DNA of 64,000 bases from Enoplolaimus lenunculus (lineage: Eukaryota). This document shows, in pieces, positions 39,301 through 51,900 of this stretch. Below the pieces are notes generated by a model. That model was given only the letters and a program-made list of their open reading frames with translations, made no database searches and had not been told where the DNA came from. The DNA lies in the NCBI GenBank assembly GCA_030248215.1, contig JASANG010002859.1:124001-188000 (forward strand), written 5' to 3'. How positions within the stretch are numbered: the first letter of the stretch is position 1; every line of letters starts with the position of its first letter. The translations under genes and the position numbers were made by a program.

Positions 39301-42300
39301 GTAGGCACTGAATAACAGTTGTGCGTGATATTGGCTGGGTTTCTGAAATCTTGCTTAAGTATTTACTTAATTTATGCTTAAGTCATTATTTAAGTCGCCG
39401 ATTTAAGTAAATACTTAACTTTTTGGGGTAAAACAACGAATTGGAAATTATGGTATCCCAATTGAACCAAGATTAGTAGGCTAAATGTATTACTCTGTAA
39501 TTTATTAAATATGGCGAGCGATTTAAGTATTTACTTAATAACTGAAGTACAGTTACAGAAACGATAAGTTGCGCAAGTAGTTTACTTAACTAATACTTAA
39601 GAATGAAGTTGTACTTAAGTTGAGTTTCGGAAACCCAGGCATTGGCTCGGTTACCGAAACCCAACTTAAGTACGACTTAGTACTTATAAGTGTGGGTTAA
39701 GTAATTGCTTAACTATTTTGCCATTTTTAAACGCGTACTAAGTTAAGTAAATACTTAAGTCGCTAACTAAATTTGATATACTGCAAATTAACCGCTCAGG
39801 CATACTATTAACCTTTGTGTAATTGAAATTGTAAACTCATCATGCCTCCTTAGTATAAAGCAAAACTCTTAGTTTCTTGTTATGATAATGGCTGCTATTT
39901 GGCACTTCTTTGGTTTTGCTCCAAAATTTGAGTATTTACATAAGTCGGCGACTTAAGTAATTACTTTAGTATAACTTAAGTAAATACTTAAGTAAGATTT
40001 CAGAAACCCAGCCATTGTCAATTTCCCATTTTGTTTTAGGAATTTATGTTGCACTGCAATGCAACTTTACAGTAAACATGAATATTAAATAATGTTTTAC
40101 AAAGGTGAATCATGCGGGCTTCACGTCATAAGCGGGGCAGCTTGGGACATGTTTTGTTCCTACTAGACTATTGGGTAACATTTCGTCTGCTAATAAACCC
40201 TGTATCGTATTCAAAAATTCGTATTTGTATGCTATTAACATGTGTGGGTCACCTTTTGTTCTTGAATATCATATGATATATTTTGAAATGTCTGCATGCT
40301 TGAGGTAACTTACCGCGCAGTATCACGTGACATATCGTCTCTTGTATATATTGATAGTTTGAAAGCGGTGGCTCATACGAGTTTTGTCTGTTGACCCAAT
40401 AGAAGAGCCTGAATTTTAACGTTGACGTCGAATCAACATGGGACAAGCCGTGTCGCGCCTGCCCCGGTTATAACGTGAACCCCGCGTCAACCTCGTTCTT
40501 ATCGCTGCGTTTGACCCAGCCTTTTGTCATAAATTCCAAAGCGACGTCTTTTAACTGTAAATTTTCTCAACATTAATAAACTTGAAAATTGTGTAATTTC
40601 AGTTGAATGCAACACCGAGTCTCCTCCCGCGGTTACAACGAGACTGGATAATCAAACTGAAAGTAAGTTTTGTATCCAAATTTTTACTGAAAATGTTATT
40701 AAGGGTTACTTATAACATGACAGTTAAATAAACTCTGTATGTCGGCTCGAGAGCAGTTTGAAACTAAACACATATATGTACTGTAATGATCCGAATAAGA
40801 GGAGGTAATAAGAAGAGGTCCCCATTTTGAGTCCCAATCAATAGGAGTCCGTAAGCAGATAGAGTCCGTAAACCATAATTAGAGTCCATAAATGTCAGTT
40901 ATCTCTTATTGTAGCGCATAAATGACTCCAGGACGAAATAAAGTTGAGTTCGAAACGTTAAAGCGTACTTGAGTTTTGAAAGTAACATTCCTATGTATAA
41001 CCTTGCATTATCGCTCATATATCACAATTCAATGGGATCGCCGTATTTTTTCAGAAACAGAAGAAGAATCAGCCCCAGTCACGGTTCCTTTACTTAGCCA
41101 GCTTTTCGATTCCAGCTTCGCATACAAGAAACGCAAAAGTAAGTGAAAGGCTAATTTCCGACCACTGAGTTGCTTGCTTAGTCTGCCCCTCAGCAGTGTT
41201 AATTAGGCAGAAGGCAAAAGTTTTCTTCGCACTGATGGTTTTACTTTCGCAAGCCTAATGTGAGGTTAGACTGACGACAGACGCAGGGCGTTGTCAGGTG
41301 GGGCAAAGGGGCTATGCCCCCAATGGTTTTGAAAAGATTTTATTTTTGCATAAATTGAAACTATGATCTTTTGTGCATACAGTTTTCTCGAATATAGTCA
41401 ACCAGAAGAGCACATCAGAATCAGTCTGCATCCCAGTAGTAGTTTGGGCTGCCCAAATTGCAATTGTCGTTTGGGTCGTCCCAGTTGCCGACTGGGGCAA
41501 TTAGCTCTTTGAGGCACGATATATGTACCAAGTTTTATTTTCTCACGCGTTATAGTGTGTAGTGCCTGTTTTTTTGTACAATTAACACATATATTAAATA
41601 TTATATATTAAATATTTAAAGTATTGTGTAACCCCCCAAACAAATATCCTGGCTACACCCATGGATAGACAACGACAACTAAGCCTGTGCCTACGCCTAA
41701 TACTAAGCTTATTTTTTATAACACGGCCATTTCGTATATGTGGCGCAACTTTTGTATGGGAACGAACAAGTAGACTATCTATCAAGTAGCTTCATAATCA
41801 CTGTGTTTTGACACCCACAACGATTTGTTTCAATTATTCTGCGAATTTCAGTTAAACAAGCAGTGCAAGCGCTCGAAGATACATGGGCTCATTCAGAACC
41901 AGGCCAAATGCGCCATGGCGGCGATTATGACACCACTTCCGACAAAAGCACCGAAAATTCACCGGATAAAATTGCAGAAAACCAGTTGCCAAGTTTGTCT
42001 GATATCCTGGAGCAACAGCAATTATTAGTCAAATCTACTGCGACTTTTCAGCCGAAATCGCGAAAAAGCAAATGCAATGAGTACCGTCACGCTGTACTAA
42101 AGCATCAAAATTGCAAATTTGCAACGCAAAATGCAATTCACCACCACAGGCTCGCGATTGAGACTGCAACTGCTCAAAGACGTTCAGTAAACGCAACGCA
42201 GCGTTTGTTTCCAAAACAAGTTCCGAAAACATCCGAAGGGTCAAGTTTCGAATCGAAAAAGCTCAAAGAAAGTAATTTAGTATCAAAATCAACCAATGAT

Positions 42301-45300
42301 CACAAAACGGCAAATGTACGTCGTGAAAGCGGCGTTGATGATTACAAACCCGCAGGTACGAATTTTTCAACCATGACCTGAAGCAGTTACATGGAGCTCA
42401 GATGCGCCGGAGCTGTCACCCTATACCCTCACAGGAGGCCCCCACTCCAAAGAGTGGCAAAAACCCTAACAAGGTTTTGAACAAAAAATTTGAAGAATAT
42501 TTTTAATTATCTCAAGGGTGCACCAGCCCGGAATTGTGGGTGGTTTCACCGTAGCCTGCACCGATGGAGATCAGAGACACTTGTTTTTTACTAAACTTGT
42601 CAGGTTCGTGGTCGCTGATGCACTTTGAAACGAATTTCAAACGGGAGTTTAAATATTTTGCTTGTTTTAAATTGTCTAAGATTCCAAACCAGTCTGGTTC
42701 GACTCATATCGCTTTTAATACTCAACTGTAAAAACAATTTGACTGTAAGCGTGGTAAAGTAGCATCCTGTATTATAAAATGCGATGCATAATTTGGCCCA
42801 TGTTACTTTAAGGGGCGTCCAGGTTTCTGGTGGGTCTATAAAAGAGTAGGTTTAGATTCTAGATTATATTTTTTCTTAGGCTTAGGTTTAGGCTTAGGAA
42901 TACGCTTAATCTACTGTTACGCCCCTTAAAGTAACATTGGCCCATAATTTTATGGTTCAATCTTTATTTAAGCTAAAGAAAACGAAATGTCCATGAAAAC
43001 TGCTTTCAGTCTGCTGCGTCAACAATATGAGCGTGGATTTGATCGAGAAAACCAACGCCACAGTAAATAATTATATCACTAAGTATTTATCATAATTCGT
43101 AAGCACTATTCAGACGTGCAACTTTTTGCTGCGAGAACTTGCAGCTGCAAATTGCACACAGAACTTGCAGTTTTGCATCAGCTAATGAGAAAGCGGCTGC
43201 AATAAATTGAGCGAACTTGCATCGCTATTCACACATGTGATCTAAATTTCTAGTTATAGTTTTTAATGAATTATTTGGAACTGAAAATTTTTTGTTAATT
43301 ATTTTTAAATATCAATTCCTGTACTGAACTTAATATTTGACCCGGAAGGCATTTTCATCTACGTATTACGGTGATAGACCCCGATGGATCAAATTACAAT
43401 TTTTGACTCTATCCATTTACGGATTCTAAGGTTCAAAAACAGAAAGTACCCTTTTCTCGCATAATAGCCAATACGGTAGGCCCAAAACGGAACGCACACT
43501 GGGCACATTTTCAGTAAACCCAATTAATCCAATTGCCTGTTTTTGGCAAATAAATATTGAACCACAACTTTTTATTGCTTGATTTTGTCGGTTGCACCTA
43601 TGGCTTTAGAGGGTAAAGACAATTATTGCAAAAATAAAGACAAATAGACGTGTTTTATTTTCAGTTCCTGAAAAACAGGCTACGGAGCGGACTAAGGTCG
43701 CTGTGCTCCAGGAAATCTTCGAACAGTATACAACCCTAAAAATTGAGCCAGGTTTGTTCATATATCCTACTCCTCAGAAAAATAGGCCCACGTATCGATT
43801 TGCTTAGGCGTAGGCTCAGGTGTAACCGCTTTTTACGGATTGGCTTAGGCTTAGTGTTAGGAATATGCGTATACTACTGTAAATGCCACATTTTTCGACG
43901 AATACGAAGTTTGAACTTTGCAGTTTATCCATAAATAATCGTGGTGGGGGGGGGTCGAATAATAGTGCGCGTTATGGTGCAAACACGAGTCCGATAACGA
44001 GTGATAATGGCCTTCATTTTCTGAATTTAATATTCCATATTTTTGCTCTGCAATTTATCCGTTTATGGGAATAAGTTCTAACCGTTCGCCAGTCATCCAA
44101 ACGTGATAACATAGCTACAGAACTGAAATGTTTTCATTGAAGCAGACTAGAAGCTTGATTCAAGTTCAGCAATATGCGCCCATGTTACTTTAAGGGGCGT
44201 CCAGGTTTCTGGTGTGTCTATAAAAGAGTAGATTTAGATTCTAGATTGCATTTTTTTGCTTAGGTTTAGGCTTAGAAACTCACTATTGCAACACTTAGGC
44301 TTAGGGTTAGGTTTAGGAATACGCTTAATCTACTGTTACGCCCTTAAAGTAACATTGGCCGCAATATGTATGCGACTGTTGTGTAATTCCAGACAACCAT
44401 GGTTCAATATCGAAGAGTCAAGTTGAAGAAATTCGACAGATGTTCGAGCCAGAGACAATGAGCACAAAGCACAAAAGTAAATTGCAGTTTAAACACAACT
44501 TTTATGAATACCATTCAAGCTCTATTCACACGTACAAGTTTTTGTTGCGAGAACTTGCAGCTGCAACTTGCACTTGCCAGTATTTTCCGAAATCCCGTTC
44601 GAAAAATTTGCAGCTGCAAATAATTCATTAAAAATCTATAGCTAGGAATTTATAGTTCACATGCGAGAATAACCATGCAAGCTCACTTAATTTATTGTAG
44701 CCGTTTTGTCATTGGCTGATGAAAAAATTCAAGTTCTGTGTGCAATTTGCAGCTGCAAGTTTGCACGTGTGGATTGGGCTTAATAGTTGGTGATAGGCCT
44801 TGTAACTTTCGAATTAGAAACTATATAGCGAGATTATAAATTTTGATTTTCCTTTTCTTTTGCGCCAGTTGAACACGTACAACTCTCAAAGGCGATAAGA
44901 TCGGACTACAGTGAGATACGATTTGTAATCATTTAGGTGAGGCACAGACACCGAAATAATCTTAGGTTAATAATTGTCAGCGTTAATTTTTGGAACCTTT
45001 TTGACTTTAGCTGATACAAACCAGCCAGCCAAAACAGCGGTCACCGCGCTTCGTCAAAGGTTCGAATGCAGTTCAACGAACCACAAACAAACAAGTAAGC
45101 GCAGTCGCGATATTTATTTATATCAGCAGTAATTTGGCACTCAATAAAATTACTAAAATTAAAAATGCATTTCGCAAGGAAGGACAGAGGCCACAACCGA
45201 GTTACCCATGGACGTCTATTTTTAATTAAGTATCGAGAAAAAACCCGCAGCTTTGCTAAAATAACGTCATTTTAAAGAAAAAATAAGCTAATTTAAGAAA

Positions 45301-46390
45301 TAAAGATTTATTATGATCGCCTTTAAATCAGTAATTTTTAACTGGATCACACGATACAGTAGTACCCCGTCAAAAGTTATATCTTAATTGCTCTGCAATG
45401 CAAAAGAATCGGCCTATTTACTGTATTCAGTCTAGTGACCAGAAAGGTCACTGGGACCACTTTTCGATAGCAACGCTTTTGTTTGGTACACGGTGCCTTA
45501 CCAGAATTCTTGATTTAGTTTCCAGTTAGACAGTTGTAATTGGACATTTTCATCAAATACAGTTTCTTGCAATTTTGTACACTATTAGTTCCAGTGAGTT
45601 GATTTTAACTCAGAATGAGTTAATTCAACTCAGAAGTCTGAGCTCTGAAGTAGGTCTTTCAGAACTCAGAATTCTGAATTGCTCGAACTCATTTCGAGTT
45701 AATTAATCAACTGAACCTGGAATTAAACCAGCTTAGAGTGAGTTAATATTTACTGTTATTAACTCAAAAATAACCAAAAATAACTAATTCTCTATCTGAG
45801 TTGATTAATCAACTCACCAGAATTTACAGTGTATATTTCCACACTGTAAATTTCAGTGAGTTGATTTTAAGCGTTCATATTCAATTAAACTCATTCTGAG
45901 TTAATTAAGCAACTCAGCCAAAATCAACTCAACTCAGAATGAGAATCAACTCATATTGAGTTGTTTAATAATATTAATTCAAAAATATCTAACTCACTAG
46001 TTGAGTCGATTAATCAACTCATTACAGTTTACAGTGCAATTTGTAAATTTTACCAGTCCATTTGGTAATGTACACCTGATAATAAGTCGCCTGCATTAAT
46101 TTGCGCCCGGCTTATGGAAATCAAAAGCGCATTATTGCAACTTGAGTTTGGAAAAAGGATAGCAGGTGGAAATTGAAAACACGGATTTTGACAATAGGCA
46201 ACTTGAAACATTTTATAAAACGTACAAGGAATTTGACTATTTCTTACGGATTTTAATTTCCAACTTGCGAAAATGAATTCGATCGCAATGTTTAATATCG
46301 GCGAGTTTAAACAAAGTTAAAGCTGTACGTTTTGTTACTGTTACAGATACTGCAAATCAAGAATTGAAAATGATTGTTGCTATGCTGTAG
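39150..46390 (+). CDS. Block B: partial paralog or alternative 3' portion of gene A, built from short motif exons
   Basis: Exons 39150-39300, 40603-40662, 41055-41138, 41852-42355, 42973-43062, 43665-43751, 44393-44476, 45011-45094, 46347-46390 (stop TAG). All internal introns are phase 1 and the frame is open throughout. No start codon exon identified. Confidence 0.7.
41852..42355 (+). CDS. Block B exon (...ATQRLFPKQVPK...DDYKPA)
   Basis: TTTCAG acceptor, CAG|GTACGA donor, ORF 41863..42381; 3' part similar to the end of exon 9586-10571. Confidence 0.75.
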
Positions 46391-48684
46391 TTATATTAAA
46401 ATATTTAAAAATAATCGTTCGACTCGTCGAACTCAGTCAAGCTCATAACCAACAAATACTAAGAGACAGCGCTGGAGCAGACGCGGGGAGGCTGCCCCAA
46501 ACTCCAAGGTGAGGGGCACCTAAAGTCGCGAGCGAGTAACCAGACGCATTTTAAAACTTTCTGCGGTTTTTGTTTCAACCGGTTAGGGTGGGGGCTTTCA
46601 AATGAAGGGTATGGAGGGTGGCTGCTCCGGCCCTGCTACGAGAACAAAAAAATTTAGATGCTGCATACATGGCTTTTATAGCGATTACAAGCCAGGCATG
46701 GAATTTTCCTATGCGGCAAGTGTTTTCTATTGTGGTATGATTCACTATAAATTCTAGTGAGTTGATTTTAACTCAGAATGAGCAGAACCACCCAGTCTAA
46801 GCTAGGACTATCAGAATTCAGAATTGTGAGTTGATTCAACTCAATCTGAGTTAATTGATCAAATCTCCTGGAATCAAATCATCTGATAGTGACAATCTAC
46901 TCAGCTCAGACTGAGTTAATGTTTATTGCTAGTAACTCAGAAATAAGCTAACTCGCAAGCTGAGTCGATTATTCAACTCATTGGAATTTACAGTGTTCCT
47001 TTGTCCACAGGCTTGTTCCGAATATGGCTGAAAACTGTGAATTGAATTATTATTCTTATTGCGGCCCATGTTACTTTAAAGGGCGTCCAAATTTCTGGTG
47101 AGTCTATAAAAGATTAGGTTTAGATTCTAGATTATATTTTTTGCTTAGGCTTAGGCTTAGGTGTAGGAATACGCGTAATCTACTGTTACGCCTCTTAAAG
47201 TAACATTGGCCAATATTGAGATGATTGTTATGATGACGTATTAATATATTGCAGTTCTCGAAAATGCTGTTTAGAATTATTTTATTTTCAAAAAATGACA
47301 GATTAAAAAAGGACTGGCTCGCTAACTTTGGATTCCTATACATTCTTAATTTCTATTATTTACAAATGTAACTCTTGTTAAGGGCTCTCACGTCTTGTGG
47401 TGATTTAGTACTACGTACGTACACGTCTTGTTGCAACTGTTAAACACTGCACTATACATTACTTTTTATATTATTCATCGCTTACGCATTGCGCTGAGTT
47501 TCTCGTAGTCGATTCTATGTGGGAAAAGGTTAACCCCGTCTCACACCGAGTTGACTATAAGTAACTGAACGCACACTGTACATTCCAGTGAGTTGATTTT
47601 AATTCAGAATGAGTTGAATCACTCAGTCTGAGTTAGGACTATCAGAACGCACAATTCTGAGTTGACTCAACTCTTTTTGATTTAATTAATCAACTCACCC
47701 GCAATCAACTCAACTCATAGTGAGAATCAAGTCAACTCAGAGTGAGTTAAAGATTACTATTATTAACTCAGAAACAACTAATTTTCCGTCTGAGTTCATT
47801 AATTAACTCACTGGATTTTACAGTGCAATGTGTATACGTTTGAATCGTGCATAATGCTTAACAGTGGCAACTCGTATATATACTTACGTAAGTAGTACAC
47901 TGTAAATTCCAATGAGTTGGTTAATCAATTCAGCTAGCGAGTTGGTTATTACTGAATTAATATCAGTAAACATTAACTCACTCTGATTTGAGTTTATTCT
48001 GACTCTGAGTTGAGTTGACTCTGGGTGAGTTGATTAATTAACTCAGAATGAATTGAATCAACTCAAAATTCTGAGTTCTGAAAGTCCTAACTCAGACTGA
48101 GTGATTTAACTCATTCTGAGTTAAAATCAACTCACTGAAATTTACAGTGTATGAAATCACCACAAGATGTGAGACCCCCACGTGCTCGAGCATCCACCAA
48201 CCAAGAGCTTATTGGTGGTGATGGTAAAGCCTACCGCTCCAGTCACGCGTCAGAGGAGTTACAGTCAGTAAAGTGCATGTTAGATCGGAAACACCAAACC
48301 AACAGCGTCTAATTAAATTAAGTATAGCTAAGTAATTAAAAATCTTCCACTGTAAATCTTAGTGAGTTGATTTTGACTCAGAATGAGTTGAATCACTCAA
48401 TCTGAGTTAGGACTATCAGAACTCAAAGCTTTGTAATTCAATTCATTCAGAGATGATTATAATCAACTTACCCAGATTCAGCTCAACTTTGAATACACGA
48501 ATGTGTACTGATTTTAATCCAGAGATAAACTAACTCGCTAGCTGAATTGATTAATCAACTCATTGGAATTTACGGTGTAACAATTCATCTCATTAAACAT
48601 TCCACCATTTTTAGTATGATTCGGTAACGTTAAATCTCTGTAAAATGTAACAAAATATTAAAAAACATTTGAAATTCCTTCAAA

Positions 48685-48989
48685 TTAACATATCCGTTGC
48701 CAATACCGCACATCGCTGCTAATTTGAATACAATCCTGAGATATATCCGGATTTTGACCACTGCGAACAGATGGGCAATCATGCGTCATTAACCAACATT
48801 CAGGAAGTGGCTGTCGGAAAATATCTGTCGACCAGTACAGGATACTTTTACATGCCGGCTGGCCATAGCAAATCCGCTGACAGTCCCGTATCTCGCTGTT
48901 CCAAGCGCTGGAGGGTGAGGGCAAAACGTAAAACGGTTTCCATACCGGAACTAACCGCTGTACCGGTCCCAAAAAGCATACTGTGAAGT
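48685..48989 (-). CDS. Gene C terminal exon: PAN/Apple domain
   Basis: CF...DCQRICYGQPACKSILY...ECWL...C*; ORF 48685..48972. Confidence 0.8.
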
Positions 48990-51900
48990 CTAAAATTGCT
49001 ATTATAGTAAAGTTGGGTTGCCAATATTTAGTGCTGACAAGTATGACAAGACGTATAAATCTATTAAGTTTAGTGTGTCAGCTATAATGAAACAAGGCTT
49101 TGTGTAATATTCTCAAAAAACTCAGCGTCAATTTTTGACAATTACTTTGCAGAATACTATTAAAAATGGAATTTCAACATCTGTTTTGTTACCGTTATTG
49201 GATTGGCCCATGTATAGAACAGGTCCGGAACAGTAGTAAGTATAAGCATATTCATAAGCCTAAGCCTTAGCCTAAGCTTAAGCATAGCCTAATCCTAAGT
49301 AAAAAAATAGTCTAAAGCTTAAACTGACTCTATTATAGGCCCTCCGGAAAACGACCCGGTCCTGTTCTATACATGGGCTCCGTTATTTGCTCTTTACCCT
49401 CCGCTCAGATTCAGCTATTTTGTTGTTTTCCGGTTTCAACCTGGTGCGCAAAACTTGACCAGTTTATGCAAAACTTAACCCTTTCTCACATGAATATTTT
49501 CTATTTCCCCTGAGACCTACTTTTATGCTAGGATTCGAACTCCGGTGACTAGAGTGGGAGGCGTATACCATCACCACTCAGTTATAGGAGCTTGACGCTC
49601 GAGCCCGAGAGGGCTCTCATGTCTTGTGGTGATTTAGTACTATGTATACGTGTTGCAATTGTTAAACACGGTACGATATACATTATTTAACGTATATACA
49701 CTGCGCTTAGTTGCCTATCGGCAACTCAATGTAAGAAGGGGTTATTCTCCATCGTTGCTAAAGCTACTCAAGAAACCTACAGTATTACTCACGAAAACTT
49801 AGCGTTTAAAAATGCTTAGAGGAACACAAAAAGGAGTCGATGTATGAGACGCTGTACTTAGCCGAAAATTCACATCCGTTTATAATGTTTTCCTCCCCAG
49901 AAACGATGCCTAAATTCTCACCGGTTCAACCAGCTCTCAAATTCGAATGAAATTCGTAATGTCGGTTTTGAATTCATATTTGCCGAAAGTCAAGTGTATT
50001 TGAAAAATTCTCTGAACCAACAAGTGAACACTGCCTGTTTCCAGAAACTACTCAACAATTCTAAACAAAACTCACCCGGATTTGGACCTTTTGATATTTT
50101 GCATTTATCTCCAGAAGTATCGCTTACCGCGACATCTTTGAGCTTAACTGATGGTGGCGTTGTATAGCGGCCAGACGCCACAAAATGAATCTAAAATGAA
50201 TTGCAATTCGAGTTGTCTTTCTAAAAGCGTTAAACCCTATGCACACGTACAAGCTTTTTTGCTGTGGGAACTCGCAGCTCCATGTTGCACTTGCAAGTTT
50301 TGTCAAAAACCCCGTTCGAAACTCTTGCAACTGCAAATGATTGATTAAAAATGACAGCTAGGAATTTAGTTCACATGTGTGAATAACCATTCAAGTTCAC
50401 TGATTTTATTGCAGCCGCTTTGTCATTGGCTGATGAAAAAATGCAACTTCTGCGTGCAATTGTCTGCTGCAAGTTCGCGCAACAAGAACTTGCACGTGCT
50501 AATAGGGCTTTACTAAAAACAATTTAATTTATCTCATAGTCATCTTGCGGAAAAATATATTCAAACTTTAGTACCGGTTCGTTTTCCGGCAGCGCTGTAA
50601 TAGAGTCAGTTTAAGCTTTAGACTAACGTTTTTGTTTAGGCTTAGGCTTAAGCTTAGGCGTAGACTTAGGAATAGGCTCATCCTTACGCTTAGGATTAGG
50701 AGTGAGCTTACGCTTAGGAATAGTCTTATACTACTGTTCCAGCCCTGTTCTATGCATGAGCCTTATTGAAATAGAAACTTGAGTAGACTTAAAATAATTT
50801 TTCAGTAGTTGAATAGTAATAAACTTTAACTTTCGTTTGCAAATTCAAAAGAGACAACTCACGTCGTGCCGTTGTCAAGTAAGAATGAAACTTAATGTTT
50901 TGAATTAAAGATTTAGTACTAAAATAGCGTTTAAATCTAACGTGCGAGTCGGACACCATCGCGCCCTGTACTGACTTAGAGAAAAGAGGTAAAATGGCAC
51001 AAGGCTTATTTTAACCAAGAGTGGATAATAACAAGAGTGTGCAACACTTGGGGCTCCGCATTGTAGCAAATGTACCACCGGGCGTTGCGTTTTTGGCCGA
51101 CCCCCCTCTTGTTTAGAAAGGGGGTCGCTATCACAAGAATACACCTAAATTAAACTATAAGGGAATCATGTTTGACGCCGCATACATAAAGTGTCACTTT
51201 GCGCATCGGTTGTACCCCCCTCTAAATAAGGGGGGTGGAGCAAAAACGCAACGCGTGCCGGCCACATTCTTTTCTACACAGAATGTACCAAGTTGAATAT
51301 TCTTGTAAAGAGTCATTATCAACTATTGTTTTAAAGAATTATACAGACAAGAGCGTAAAATCTTTTCAGTCGAGTAAAAATTATATGACAAAAAATTAGC
51401 CATGAAAAACATCAAAACATTAGCATTTTGTTAAAAACTCAATTTGAAATGTTTTTAATTATATTGCATTCGAATATTTTTGTCAATCCTAGCAATTTTT
51501 CCAACAATTACAAATTTGAAAATAGTTCATTAGAAACAATTCGATTTTTTACAGAAAAATTAGCCGATTATAGCGGATTTTTCGTGAAATCACAATTAGA
51601 AATATTTTTCAAAACATTAATTGACTGCATTTAATTATTTTGTTGTCTTTGTACACTGGTCTACCCCAATTTAATGTTAAGGCGTTTGGCTTAGACTTAG
51701 GTTTAGGTAAAGGCTTAGTCAAAGGTTTAGGCGCAGACTGATGTTAAAGCGCTTTTTACGAAAGCAATGTTTGAGCCTATTCAAGGCCTAATCTTGTAAG
51801 TAAAGTGTACTGGATAAGTCCACTATTTCCTTGGACAGCTTTGAATTACGAGTATAGAAATTTTGCCGCAGAACTCACAGTGTGGCTGCCATAAGGCAAC

